Below the pieces are notes generated by a model that saw nothing but the letters and a program-made list of their open reading frames with translations, had not been told where the DNA came from and searched no databases. From Marsupella aquatica (lineage: Eukaryota > Plantae > Marchantiophyta), in the NCBI GenBank assembly GCA_973895155.1, contig OZ316894.1, forward strand, positions 25,542,709-25,606,708: a stretch of DNA of 64,000 bases, in the 5' to 3' direction. Below, piece by piece: positions 26,508 to 40,800 of the stretch (within the stretch, counting starts at the first letter, position 1; each line of letters opens with the position of its first letter). The translations under genes were made by a program, and so were the position numbers.

Positions 26508-27708
26508 ACTGAACAGACCCTACAATGTCAGCTAGACGCAGAGCACTTAATCGGCTTGACAACAGTTGGGGCAACTCGTCTCACAGCTGGGTGGACTAAG
26601 GGAGCTTCCAAATGAGACAAATAATCTTCGCATTAGCTCATGCTCCGAGCTTGGAAATTTTCTTGATCAGGCTTCAAGACAGAGATGAATCTTTGCGGAC
26701 AGTATAAGTACGCGGCAAGCTTCTGAAGCGAGGACAGCAACAATTATTCTGGCTCCTCTCTTTATGTAATTCTGTGATGCAACGCAAACCTGTCTCAAGC
26801 TCCTTCGCGCGCTGCTCTAAAACTCCAACTCTGCTTCGCCATTTTAGAAAGATGTTTTCAAACCTACTGTAGCTTGGTTCTACAGTCTAAAGGGAGTTTA
26901 TCGGATCCAGACCAAAACACTGAACTGTGTACCTCCGATGTCCCCTTCTATGGCCGAATTTGGCTGACACTCGATTCAAGGAATCCAGAAGAATCCCGTA
27001 CACTATTGAAAAAGCTACAGTGTGCTGTAGGGAGCCTAGATGCACGAGATCAACTTCAAGATAGACTACGGGTATTCGCAGACTGGATGAACTCGATACA
27101 GATTGCGCAAAGCTTGGTTTGCACGAGAAAGCTGAAAGATAGACTATCCCGAGTTTGCAGACTCGATGAAGTAACTCGGTCGGATTCTAGCTCGCGAACG
27201 AACCTGCGTAGCAGCAGCAGATTCCACGGTGTGAGTTTTCCCGAATGCGAAACAGAGAGAAGTGTACTCAGCTGCACATTTCACGTTCTGTTTCGCCGGC
27301 GTAGGGAGGAGAGCTCGTGATATATATACACGAGAGACAGATCTCTAATGAGCGTGAAAGAATTCAGTATTTCAGGACAATCCTGAGATGCATTCTGAGC
27401 TGGAAACGGATGCAACCTCTGTGCATTCTGCACGTAATGACGACAATGAGTCGTCTTCAGAAAGGGCGCCGTATTTGAATAGCAACTGTACATGATAATG
27501 TCTGTCTGGTCTCGGGTTACTAGCTCTGACTAACCCTATGACCAGAAGAAAACCTGACCAGCTGCAGGGGAAATGTTGCTGAGCTTTCTTGGAGCACGCT
27601 AGAACCCAGAGATTATCACACCTAATCACTATCGAGAAGGTTATTTTGGAACATTATGGGAATAGCAGGTACTTACAAAAATGGTTACACGCTGGTAACC
27701 TTCCCTCA

Positions 27709-27821
27709 ATACAGAGATTATGTAGGCCAATAATTGATGAGAAAATGCGGTTTGGAGTCCTTCTCTCCATACAGAGATTATGTAGGCCAATAATTGATGA
27801 GAAAATGCAGTTTGGAGTCCT
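27709..27821. repeat. 60-bp tandem duplication
   Basis: atacagagattatgtaggccaataattgatgagaaaatgc(g/a)gtttggagtcct occurs twice. Confidence 0.85.
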
Positions 27822-29813
27822 GGGTCTGAAGGGTTCCTGGTTGTGTTAGGACTGGGAGCATTAAGTTTCCAAAATGGCAACCAATTGGTTACCATGTAGG
27901 GGTGCAACATTCAAATATTGGGTGATTTTGAGTAATGCAATGCTCACGAGTGAGTGAGTTGTCCTAAATAAAGACCCAACAGCTGCCTACCAAATTGTTT
28001 TTGGCCCCTACATGGGTTTTAAAGCCTCCCCAAAAATTTTGTCTGTAAAACGGAATGTGTTTCTTAGGAGGAACTGTCAAGTGGGGCAAAGAGAAGAATG
28101 CACTGGCAGAGAGCATAATGCTCTAGGCACTAAAGTTATAAATACTCTTGCGTTGGGATTTGTCTAAAATGAAAAGTTCTTCTACAACCAATCATACGAG
28201 TGCCTTCTTCTAGGTGCTAGAGCCTTGGAGTGATGGTCAGTAGTTTCTATCAAAGGCTATCACTCCATAGAAGAAGGCACTCGGATGATGCAATCAAAAA
28301 GAGTCACATGGGCCCTCGAGTTGTGTTTCTCTGTGTGCCGCGCTGGTCTTTCACTTGACAGTCATTGGAATACTCCTGGCAACTATTTGTTTTGTTTTAC
28401 GAAACAAACTAAAAATGTGGGGGCCTGATCATTTTTGTTTCATTCTCTCCTAGCACATGGCTGTAGTACGTTGTTCCGGGAACTGGGGAGAACTTTCTCA
28501 GGTTTTTTCATATATCTTTAGAGCAAACCTGCCAGAGACACTTCCCTATCCACTGCACACGGTGCCAATGTCAACAGTCAGTTGCAAATCCACTAAGTTT
28601 GGGCAGCCAGACTAATTATTGGTTCAGCCAAACCGGGTTAGCACAAATATTATTTGTGTACATGTGGGGTGGGGAGGTGACAAATGCTATGGAAGCAGAT
28701 TATTTTGCCGTGGGCTTGCCCTTGTCTATCCTTTGGCAACCCAGTGTACAAGGAGGGGGGGGGGGGATATGTGCCTTTGGGGTGTGTGTATCTGTTTTGT
28801 TTCCTTGTGTGTATCTTGTAGAAGCTACCACAGAATCATGTTAGGGCTAAATGTAGGGTTAATTTATAGTTTTTTAGCTAAATCACCATTAGGGTGTTAA
28901 TGGTGATTAGCCGCCACTATAGTATCTAACATATAGAGGGGCTAGGGCGAGACTCATGTTCATTGTTGAGGGAGCTAGTTAGGTGCTAGAAGGAGAGCTC
29001 ATACATGTGTGGCCATGGTGGCCAAAGCTTAGTGGACATAGTCTTGACAAAGGTGAACCACATATATCTTGTGGCAGTGTGTACATGTGCTTTCTGGTTG
29101 TGCTCTTGGTTGTGTTGTGTCAGTTTTCCCAAAAAATTATGCTCAAGCTAAAAATCTTAATTTCAAAATCTTACTTGTGTAAACTAATCATGCTAAGATA
29201 CCTAGATTTCATCTACCCTTAGAACATCTCCAAAGGCCACATAGTATAGGCTTACATTAATGCCCACCTGACCTCAACATTTACTAGGGCAATCAATTCA
29301 AGATACTCATGTATTTGTTTTGGATAGGTGGATTATTTTCCTGTTATGGGTAAACCCCAGTAAAGGGTAAAACTGATTACACAGGAAAATGAGAACTTAC
29401 CTAGCTAGTGAATAATGTGTTTACTTTTTAAGTTAGTATTGGAAAGACGTGTTGGGGGCAAGAAGTTAACTTCATTGTAAGTCACAACAAAGGTCAACAA
29501 CAAAGGTCAACAGACATCAGGTCAGGCAAGAGACCCAGGGGCAGGGTCCATACCCATGAAAGGGACGGAAAAGAGTGTCTCTTACTACATATTTGCTAAA
29601 TGGCATTTGAAGAGTATCAAAAGTGACTAGCATTATAGCTAGTAAAACACTGTTTTGCAATCTCCATATATAACTTCTACAGTAGAAATGTGTTAATTTG
29701 TTTAGGTCCAGATTGATGGGCCTAAACATTTGACAAAATGCTAGGATGGATCAATGCAACCCAGATGGACTGCAAGAACCCCTTTTTTGTACTCAAACAA
29801 CACTTTCCCTTTG

Positions 29814-30481
29814 AGTGGTCCCGTTGGACCCATCTTGAATGCATTGCTATTGGCACCAGTCTGAAAAAGGCTGTTGGCTGCTCCTTTCTTTGGTAAGATT
29901 GACACTGCTATTATATCCCAAAAGCGCAACTCTGGCTTCCTTTGATCTCCTCATCCACGAGATGTTTAGCAGCATCTGGGATGAGCGGCGGCAATGCATG
30001 TATCATACTACCTCGACCAGGTTTCACTTGCACGTCATTCTCCACGGTGCTGTTGTTCAAGTTCATGCTACCCTTAAACGGACTCACAGTGTACACAAGG
30101 CCAGACGGTTACATCAGACCCTTCTTGACCTCAATCACTGAATTGATTGCTAGGGCTTCAACTGGCAACAGTCACGCATAGCTTAGGTCTTTGCTGTTGG
30201 AGCTTTGGTCAGTCCAGTGCTGGCCCCCTTTTTTGGCCTACGGGTGGTGCTTTGTTTGCCTGTTGTGTGGCTTAGTTTTGTGGGGGAATTTTGTCCCCCC
30301 TTGGCCCCTCTTTAGGACGTGACCTGGGAAGTGACCTTGTGATCCGTTGGGATGGTTTTGGTGTTGAGTCACTTTTTTGGGCGCATGTGGCCCACAGTTT
30401 GGTTTGTTGTCTGTCTCACTGGTCTTCGCCACAGTGGCTTCTCTAATAAATGTGTATTTAAAAACTAATAATAATAATAAT
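29814..30481 (+). mobile_element. Short 5'-truncated LINE with (TAA)n tail and perfect 15-bp TSD
   Basis: TSD aacactttccctttg at 29799-29813 and 30482-30496; ORF2 tail (EMFSSIWDERR..VILHG..RRLHQTL) resembles the 14127-14666 ORF; aataaa signal then taataataataataa. Confidence 0.85.
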
Positions 30482-30972
30482 AACACTTTCCCTTTGTAAA
30501 ATAAATCTAACTTTTCTGCTCAGGGGTAACCTGGACAGATCCATCATTCTGGGTTGCAATCATTCTGGGTTGCAAGGTTCATGGGATTGGTCCACCTGAG
30601 CATTACTTTCCTATAAATTGTGTCCAAGACTAAGACTTCATAAAGAATATTTATTAAGTGCATACCCAATTCAATCTTAGGATAGAACTTCCTGGTAGGA
30701 ATGGACCACAATATTTGACCTAAGGATTCAGGCTCACTTCCTAAAGATGGAGCAACCATTCTAAGGAAACAGATACATTGCCAAACGTTACATTCTATGA
30801 GAGCTTAAGTTATCTCAAACAATTTTATTTGTTGTAATTCCATAAAACATTCAACCGTAATTTAGAGCGTACAAATGGGCTTCTATTCAGCAAATCGGTC
30901 ATTATAATTTCGGGGCCTTCAAAACTCTTACTAACATTCCATAGCCACTCCAGTAGATTTAAATATACGAGG

Positions 30973-31044
30973 GAATTATATATAGCTTCTCAAAGTGCTC
31001 CTTCTTTGAATTATATATAGCTCTCAAAGTGCTCCTTCTTTGAA
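30973..31044. repeat. ~35-bp tandem duplication
   Basis: gaattatatatagct(t)ctcaaagtgctccttctttgaa occurs twice. Confidence 0.75.
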
Positions 31045-33369
31045 AAGAGAATCCCGGATGTAGAGTACGTGGAGTCTAGTAGGGAGAACGACTGTTATTT
31101 CTATGAACAATCAGCAACTTGTACTTACATATCAAGAACTCTAACGGTCTTTGACTCCACTGGACGGTACTCATTCATCGTCACGTTCGTTGCAATCGCT
31201 CGCCGAATGCGGCTTCCTGCTCCATCTCCTTTGATACAGTACAGCGTGCGTGCTGCACTGGATCAACCAGGTACGACGACAGAAGGGCGAATAACGACCC
31301 ATTGGCTCGAGGATTGTTCCGTGTTTCGCGGCATGGCAAGATCGTCATGCTCTGAAAGATTCGCGAACTCGCAACCATGCTGCTATCATGTCTTCAGATC
31401 GGCTGACTGCGGGATGGAGACGGGATCGCTAGACTGCGGCGGAATTGCAACTGTGCATCTTGATTCAGATCGGGACACTGCGATGCAATAGAGATGTAGT
31501 TACTGACAATGATTATACGTAGTATGAAATACCGTCGAGAGGAAAATATGAGCACAACCGCGCGCGGAGCTGTGCATGTACGATGCCTTCAGATCGGTTG
31601 ACTGCGCAAGGATCTGAATTTGTGGATTTGATCATCGGAACCCACAGGAAGATATGGCCATCACGGAAATTCGCTTTGATTGGAATGGTTGGTCTTTCGT
31701 ATTGTTGTTATGGAGTTAGCGCGCTGAATTGCACCAGTGTTTGAATGGTTGCAATAAACATAGATTATTGAACTGACTTCGACTGGTCCAGATCAACACT
31801 TTCTGCCCGATAAATATTATGGACTAAGATTTTATTTGGCGAATTGCTGAAATCCATTGGACTCTTTGCATCATTTTCTTTATCGACTAAGACCATAGAA
31901 GAGTTGATTTGAATTCAACAGCTTGATGTTTTGGATGTGCAAAGCATCTTATCGACCACATTTCAGAATTCGAATAACAAGTCAATTTGCATTGTCTTGA
32001 GGTGGAGCTTAAGGTTCGGCTCAAAGGTGAATAAAACATCGAAAGCTAGTATGCAGCCATATTCAATTCAAACTACAAATAAGAGGAGGAGAGTAAGACC
32101 TTTAATTGTTATCTGCCCTCGCATATTTGAACGATTGATCTGAGCACACCCTTTACAGCATCATCTTTCCTCGAGAATCCAAGGAAATGACGGATAGTTG
32201 ATGGCCTTTTCGCTTTCGTAAATCTGACACTCTTCTGAAGGGAGTTCTCGTTTGTGTTACCCGCCATTGTGCTAAGCTCTGCGTGAGTAGCGACAGTGAA
32301 AATCTTCGCGCTTGTATGATATCAACTATTAGACGGCATAGTTAATTTCCACGTGCTAGACAGTATGTGCTCTTTACGCACATACGTAATACGTTCAGAT
32401 TGGCTTTCGTAAATCTCCGATTGGCCTTTTCGCTTTCGTAAAGCTCCGAGGCTGAATACGTTCAGATTTACAAGGGCCAACGAGATTTGTTTGGTCGTAC
32501 AAACATCCACAAGTAAAAGAAAAACGCGCCTTCCCCGTGTGATAACAATGGATTGGTTCTATAATCAGCGAATGAAACCAGATTGCATGAAACACTTAGA
32601 GGGGCCAAAGAAATTCTCAGTTCCAATATAAAGAACTTCAATTGGCTTGTGCCAATACAAGATAAGTTTAAGGAAAAAATTTCTGAACTGGTTCCAATAT
32701 AATGCACTTCAATTGACCTGACCTATTGCCAATACAAGATGTTTTTAAGGTATACGATGCGGTGTATTGTGATATATTGCGATCGTAATTAGCAGTGCTC
32801 CTACTGAAGCTTTTCATGTGGTTGATATTGACCGTCATAAAGCCAACCGCAGCTACCCGTCTTAACGGAATAGACAAATAGACCGAGGAAGGCAGTCGAG
32901 CAGTACAGTTATACGTACAGGAGGACGTGGTTTAGCTAAGTGGGTCGAAATTTATTTGGTCTCAAGCCCTCCTCTTGGTGACACTCCTACAATATCGTTT
33001 CTGGCTCAACTCAGCCATATGTGCAATGTTCTTTGCCATTAATTTCTTGGTTCAATGCGGGGTTCAATGCATTAATTTCCAAGTGCCACATGCAGGCCGC
33101 CTCTTCTTTGCTAACGTCATGATGCTGATGTACGTGGCTGCTGATGAGAGTATCCAATTCTATTGAACACTGGTATAGTGATCTTACATACCTTTACTTC
33201 AAACAATCCAATAACCTACCTATCATTTGGAGATCTTAAACTAAGTAACATAGCTACCATTTTCTTCGAACAGCTCAAAAGCTACTGTGTGTCGTTGGAA
33301 GTCCCTGGAGTAACTTTACTCGTATCAGGCTTCTTCATTGAAGTACATAGCCCACCATTCTTCAGCTGA

Positions 33370-35545
33370 TCAATACTTCAATCCGTATCCGTAAGGAAAC
33401 AGAGGATTGTAATGCTTATCTCCAACATTCATGGGAAGCTGGTCGACAGTTTTGAACCATGTCTGCGACAATGTGCCTACAAACTGATTATCTCCAAAAA
33501 TGACATCGGATACACCATTCCCTTCGCTGCCAGGTAACCATGCTGCAACCAGTGCATCAACCATAGGCAGATAAGGTCCAAAGACAAGCGGTCTGCCAGT
33601 GATGAGTATCACGAGACACTTTACCTCAGGGCAGACATTTTTTATGGTTGAGATTGAGTCCAATGGAAGCGAGAGGTTGCCACTGTCCCCCCAACCTTCA
33701 GCATAAGGAGGTTCTCCCACCACCACAATCGCATAATCTGCGTGTTGTTGACGAGCCCATCCAGGACGTGGGGAGACTTCGTGTACTACTTGCGTCTCGG
33801 GACATACTGCTGCTTGGATGCCGTGAAGAATGGTTGTTCCATTGGTCGTAGTACCATTCGAACCTTGCCATGAAATGGTCCAACCTCCGCACTGCAAACC
33901 GATGTCATCTGCATGAGTCCCTACCACGATGACCTTGGTGGCATTCTTGCTCAGCGGCAAGAGCGGTTTTGCTGGATGCTTCCCGTTCTTTAAAAGTACC
34001 AGAGACTTCCGCACCGCCTCTCTTGCTAACATCCGGTGTTGAGCTCTCCCGAGTTGGTTAATGTAAGCTTTGTCAGCCTTTGGCCTCTCGAAGAGCCCCA
34101 TGGCGAACTTCACTCTCAATATCCTCGTCACAGCGTCGTCGATCCTCCGTCTTTTGATGTTTTTTGACATCACGAGCATAGTCAAGTTACCAATGTAGCC
34201 TTCAGCATCGAATGGAACCATGATCATGTCAATGCCAGCGTTGATACCGGCAAGAACAGAGAAAGTGTAGTTGGCCTTCGCGGGGGTGGTAATTCTGTCG
34301 ATTCCAGTCCAGTCTGAGATCACAAACCCCTTGAATCCCAGCCGCTTTTTAAGAATTTTCGTGATGAGGAACTTATTAGCATGCATCTTCATCCCGTTCC
34401 AGCTCGAGTAAGAGATCATGACAGTCTGGACTCCTTTAGCAATGGCGTCGTCGTAAGGTGCCATGTGAATCTTCGCCAACCTTCTGTAGTTCATCACTGT
34501 GTTGTTCCCGTTTGTACCGTTCGTCGTCCCTCCATCTCCAACATAATGCTTAGCACAGGCTGCCACCTACAATGAAACATAACAATGTCAATAGCGTCTT
34601 CTAAGAAAACTGTTCATCTCCAGTAGTACATCAAAATTCGTTGCTTTCAGTTTCTTACAATAAGGCTTGAAATGCACAGTCTGCACAAAATATTTAATAT
34701 ATAGTTGAAGGTAAATTATGTTATTTTATACCTTGTCTGCCACATTTCGTTCACAGGAGGTAGCTTCTAAAGGTAGCTTCTAAGAATATATGCTGTTCGT
34801 TCTGGGGTGCGACTAAGGGACAAACAGGGAGAAAGGCAAATGATGGACTACAACAAGAAAAGAATGGTGCCACCTTCGACTCATCAGCAACAAAAGGACC
34901 GGCAGCTGATTCGTTCGTGGGACTGCCTTGCAGACCGAGAATGATGTCAGTCATGTTCCGCACCAGATCTGTGTTCTCGCTGTAGCTCTCGTAGCAGCGT
35001 CCCCAGCGGGGATCTCGGCAGACCGCAACGCAGGGGGCGAAGACGAAAGGAATGCCAGTGGCCCGGACTTCTAGAGCCGTCGCTCTGCCAATTCTCATCA
35101 CCAGGTCCCGATCTCTCGTGGCTCCGAGGCCGATATTGTGAGGAAAGATTGTGGCCCCAACTACAGCGTTATTACCGTGAACCGCATCTACTCCGTAGAT
35201 CATGGGAATTGCTAGCCGAGTAGACAATGCTTGCCTCTGGAACCCGTCGATCATTTCTTGCCACGAAATGGCATCATTCGGAGTGGGCGTGCTTCCTCCC
35301 CCATTGAGCACACTACCGACCATGTATCGGTACACATTCGAATCGTTCATGGCGACTGTTCGTTCGATCTGCGTCATCTGCCCAATCTTTTCAGCCAACG
35401 TCATCCGTTTCAGGAGATCCTGCACCCTCGCCTCCACCGGCTGGCTTCCATCCTTGTACAGATCGTAAGCCACCGTAGCATTGAGGATGTGAAAACATAG
35501 GAGCACAGCACAGAGTGCTCGTCTCGCTGCTGCGGTCCCACCCAT
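33370..35545 (-). CDS. Secreted GH3 beta-glucosidase / beta-D-glucan exohydrolase (barley ExoI/BoGH3B-like), 622 aa; exons 35545-34874 and 34566-33370
   Basis: Signal peptide; [49 protein letters not shown], nucleophile FVISDW, acid/base [25 protein letters not shown]; one phase-0 intron 34873-34567. Confidence 0.95.
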
Positions 35546-35763
35546 GGCGATTCAGTGGTCCCTGCCAGCTTCACGTTGTTTCTTTAGTTCTCTCCATCGT
35601 TTGCCTCACTCATCACACGGGAAGTACGAGATGTTTCAACACCACGGGTGCGAATTCGGGGCAGTGTTCAAGAACATGTGCAAAAGGAGCGGACTCTTAA
35701 CACTGAACGATTACTCTTTTCAGGTCCAGCCCATATTTGGCAGTCGATCTGCTCGCACGCATT

Positions 35764-36255
35764 CACATGAGCACCTCGATGAGACATAAATATTGCATGC
35801 AAGAAGTTCATCTCTGGAACGGCTGCAGATGCAACGTGCATTCTGCAGTCCACCAGCACGACGGGGACACATGAGCACCTCGATGAGAATTCACGAAGGG
35901 GACACATGAGCACCTCGATGAGAATTCAGTATTGCACGCAAGAAGTTCATCTCTGGAACGGCTGCAGATGCAACGTGCATTCTGCAGCCCACCTGCACGA
36001 GGGGGACACAATCAGTCACTATAGCGGTATAGCGGATGGAATACGATGACGGCTCCTTCCAATCATGTGGATCTTTGGAGTAGAGCTGCTGCCACATGAT
36101 CTTTTGAGTAGAGCTACTAGCTGCCTATCGCTAGTTTCTGTCCCAACGATGACGGCTCCTTGACTCCTTCCAATCATATGGGTCTTTGGAGTAGAGCTGC
36201 TGCCACATGATCTTTTTGAGTAGAGCTACTGCCTGTGGCTAGTTTCTGTCCCAAC
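35764..36255. repeat. Nested local duplications in the GH3 promoter region
   Basis: cacatgagcacctcgatgaga x3; aagaagttcatctctggaacggctgcagatgcaacgtgcattctgcag x2; gatgacggctcctt..tctttggagtagagctgctgccacatgatc..gctagtttctgtcccaac x2. Confidence 0.8.
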
Positions 36256-39200
36256 TCTTTTGTGTAGAGTGGCCGAAAGAGTGGCTGCCTAGTCTGCCTC
36301 ACTACCTCAAGAAGATAGCTGGTGAGTGATCGGAGGTGTGATACTCACTAATCTTCATTTTAGGGTCTCGAGACAAATTTTCTTAATGACCTTCATATGA
36401 GGCTTTTCAGTTTAGGGGTGAGTAGGGCTTTAGTTTCCATCGTGGGGACTCTCAGGTTATTGTTGCGCTAAGGTTTTTCCCATGGTTTGACTCCCCTTTA
36501 TCCTGCGCGCGCGCCTGTGGGATTCTCCAGGTTCGGGCCGTTTTCCTCCTTGGCAAAAAAGCTTAGACGTTAGAACAGGTCCGCCCAAGCTACGGTACTA
36601 GACAAAGAATTTCACAAACTCGGATAGTCTGTCACGGATTTATCATTGTCAAGAAGACAGTGCCTTCATGTCACCGTCGAATTGAAGCAGACTGTATAGA
36701 TATTAAGTATGCCACACGTGAAGCTCCCAGTGCGGGGAATTGACCCTTTGTGACAAAGTGTCTAAGCCTGAATTGGCCCGGTGCCTAACGGGCATGGAAA
36801 GGAGGAGATGACTGTGATTGTGATGCAGATATCCGTTGTGACAGTCAGCGAAACTTGTTATCCATATTCGTACGGGAGACCAGGAAATTTTAATTACGGA
36901 AAAGTTGCTTGTGCCCAACTTAGTCAGCATACAGATTGCATGCAGCTAGCAGAGTGATCCCTTCTTTCATACTCACGTGATATTCACACAACCTTATCTC
37001 GCCTTCTTTAACTCCCCAAATTTTCATTTTTATGGCGTTCAATATCAGGTTTCCGTGAGTTCTCAATTCAAAGGCGAAATAAGGGAAGACAGTAATAAGC
37101 GTTCAGAAAATTTATATGGATAGAAGAATGATCGAAACCTTCGTGAGACTGGTGTTGGCCTGGCCCATCTGAATCCACTTTATTAGGGAAGTCCATCTCA
37201 ATGTACTTTGAAAGCTGTCATGAAATTACCTTTACAGTTACTCCATTTATGAAATAGATTGAGAGGGGATCCTTCGTGAAAGTACATCGATCAGTGACAT
37301 GGCTGTCTCTTCCTTTTTCACTCTCACTAAATACTTCAAAATTAATTAACACAGATGACCGACTTGAACCGATAGGTTGTGAGATTGACTAATTGCAACA
37401 CGTCTTTCACCTCTCGGGTGAGCTAGAGAAATACCAAGGGAGATTCCGGGACTTAGCTGCCACGATTGACTAGTTGAACAGAGGGTGTATTGCGTCCCCG
37501 GCCATCGTTGGACTATGCTCAAGGGAAACAATAGAATGAAGAAGGTGACAACTATTGGCCAAGAGATTATCGAACGTGAGTAAAATCAGACTGCAGCTAT
37601 CTGCATGAGAGCCACAAGGGAAATTCTTGTCACGTTTGGAAATCAATTGCAAATTCAATACTAACTTTCATTTCCACTGTTATCAAAATTTGTGGATACT
37701 CACGTTCACTTAAAATTCTGGTCCAGCACAGTCTATTTGAAACTTTGCAACTTGGGTTTTTTGTGGGATCTGCAATCCTCTAAGCCTGTCCCAATTTATC
37801 TAGTGATCTAGAAAGACAGTATGAGCAGATCTGTCCACTAATAGGGGCCTCTAGGGCTTTTACGTCTTTCTGGTTGTCCACTCGTTTTCTCCCCTGTATT
37901 GGGCCTATTGGTTGTTTATTATTTAAAAGTTTTTTAGTTTCCTGGGTCCCTGTATTGGGTCTCCATGTTTAGTTTCTATTGTTTATTACTTGAAATTTTC
38001 TTTTTCATTTTTTTCCAGTGGCAGGTCTAATTGTTGTTTTCTCCCCTTTATTGGGTCTCCATGTTGTTTTGTTCTTTAAAATTTTATTTTCTAATTTCTC
38101 CAGGAGCTGAGTCAAATTGTTTGCTTTAAACAAGAACAGTCCTGTCTGTTTGTGCCAAGTGTTAAACAATAATAGTCTCTCTCTTTTGGCTTAGTGTTAA
38201 ACCAGGACAATGGCCTCTGTTTTCTTGCATGCAAACACTGTAAACATTGTTGTTTATGACCTAACTCATTGATGTGGCCACATGTGATATGAATCCATAA
38301 CATTTAAAAGCATTGAGCAAAAATTGGTTTGTGTACCCATCTCCTTCTAATAATTTCTAAATTCAATGATAGACAAGTATTTATAAATATTTTACCAAAA
38401 TTATGTGCCTTGTGTCATGAGTCCTATTTGACTACTTATAATTATGTGAATAAAGCATGTGGAGACCATGAAGCAACTTGGAAGATGGAGGCAATCTTAA
38501 GGATTTCTATATTAGTGCTCATCCTACTTCCCCCAAATTTTTTAATTGTTTCATGATCATTAAAACTAATTGTTTAGATAAACTTCAATCTTGGATCTTT
38601 ATCATGTTGATTCATTATTTATTTCTTACTCGTCTCTAAATCATTGTCTACTTGGGAACCCAACCCAAGCATTTCAATAGGGGAGCATAATCTCCAATTT
38701 CTTATTTTAGTAGTAAGTAACATGCAAGGTGATCTAGTTCAAATGTGCTTTGGGGTAGTGCTTATAGGTGTGTTTTGTTGTCTTCCTTGTATAAGCGCAC
38801 TTAAAGAGGTTTTTTAAGGACTAAATCTTCAACATGAACTAAATCAAACTGAATTCTCAGTCTTCAAAATTCTCAATGTACAACTTGCATTGCTTCTCAA
38901 AATTGGATTGAGGTGGACGCTGGTAGAAGTAAATTCCCAAATTCATAAGGGTGGCTCCAGGGCCATTGTTGATAACATGTTATATGCTTTGGAGAGATGA
39001 TGATGAGAGAGATGAATTAATGAAATGATATTCTTCTATATGTTGATTGATGAATCAACCTTTTATACGTGTATACATCAAGTCATAAGGTTACCCTATA
39101 GGTTTGTGGTAACCCTAGTAGTCTAGGTCTAGTTAAATCTAATCATGTTACAATAAATTTATCAATTTTGCTAGATTTTCAATGAGTCTCACATTGATAG

Positions 39201-40800
39201 ATTTTGTCAATGATTTTTGAACTTGCCTTTCCAATAAGTGTGACAATGAGCGGTTTTATCAATTCTAACTTACAAAAAACACTAGTTCATGAAGATTTCT
39301 AGTTCACCGACATTTAGTCTGACATTGACAAATTTCATGTCAAATGTTGTCAAATATTAAAAAGATCATTATCATGGTGCACTGCAAGCAAGAACAGATT
39401 TATTTGCAAATGACAATAACTCCTCATTTTGTGTTTGTGGCAAGTTCTTGGTAAAATTTGGAACGTCATGCCATAAACCAGAATGTAAAGTTTTTTGACA
39501 TACTAAACCCAATACAATAATATTGAGGTAAAACCATTGTTCATAACCATTTCAGTTGTCTCCTCTTCGTATAAGTAAGAATATAAAATAAGTAATAAAT
39601 AGTTTAATATTTGCAACAATTAAAACTGTTCAAAAGTTTGGCAATCATAACCAACTCTGGATTTGGTACTAGGCAAGTGGAGTAGTCTGAAATCTCTTTG
39701 CCTGTGAAGTCACCCTAGATGCATCGAAGAGGGACATTCAGGGGGACATTGAACATTGTGGAGATTGTTGACATGTAGGCGTGCAAACTCATAGTGTAAT
39801 GCGAAACTTAAGACCGGGTTAATTGTAGCAAAATCTAATGAAACAAAGATAAAAGATTGGAACTCAGTAAGACTGCGAATCGATTTGATCACGGCGGCAA
39901 AGCGCCAGTTATGCTTCCTTCAAGATGTGCATTGTGAGCCAAGGATGCACAGAGGCCCCAATCTGGTCGTCGCCATCAAGCGGTGCCAAATGTTTCTTGT
40001 CCGTCCTTTCTAATATCATGCATTTTGATTATCTTGTAAATTGCATGGATTGAATTTCTGGACTCTCGAGAATGGTGCAAAGATTCAGGTCATGGTAGTA
40101 ACATGAAGTCATGCCAATACAGTTGTGCACAAATGGACCAACAACACCTCTCCCTCTTTCTCTCTCTTTAATTATCGTTTCTCTGGTACGCTCTGTGGGG
40201 ATCGAGAGGGCAATCAAAAGTAAATCATCAGTGTGTGAGTGAGTGAATGCAATTAAGAGTGTGGCCAGGGCCTGGGAGGCACCCTGAAGCAATCAATTGC
40301 GCTGCTCTGATAACTTCGACAGCACAAGACCGGTCAATTTGAACCACCAGCCCAGTCTGAATCCAGAGCTAGCATGACCAGACTCTGTGTTTAGTCCTCA
40401 ATGAATAATATGGGTTCAAGTGCCCCGGTTGAGGTACCTCTATACAGAAAAATTCTAGTCAAATCGAGATCACCTACTCATCAATTTGCTCAATTAAAAC
40501 GTCTTATAAGTCAATAGCTTATGTAGACATTCCACATAACTTGAAGAGTTGGAGATGTCCTCCATTCTGCAGATTGGCATTCTGCAAAAAGATAATCCTC
40601 CATAATCCAGGATCCTTTTGAAAATCATGTCAATCAATGGTGTCAATCAATGGCGAGAGGGCAATCAATGGAGAGAGCAATCAAAAGTAAGTGCCGACTT
40701 TCGGTGGTGGATCCTGGCTTGGTTTGGGTAAACCTACTACGCGGACGGCTGGGGGGGATCCTGCATTTCAATTCGACCTGCTGCCCTCTTCGGTAGGAGT

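Noticed and set aside
36260-36560. Possible SINE or LINE 3' end finishing in ttggcaaaaaa
   Set aside because: The A-run is short, with no TSD or ORF evidence.
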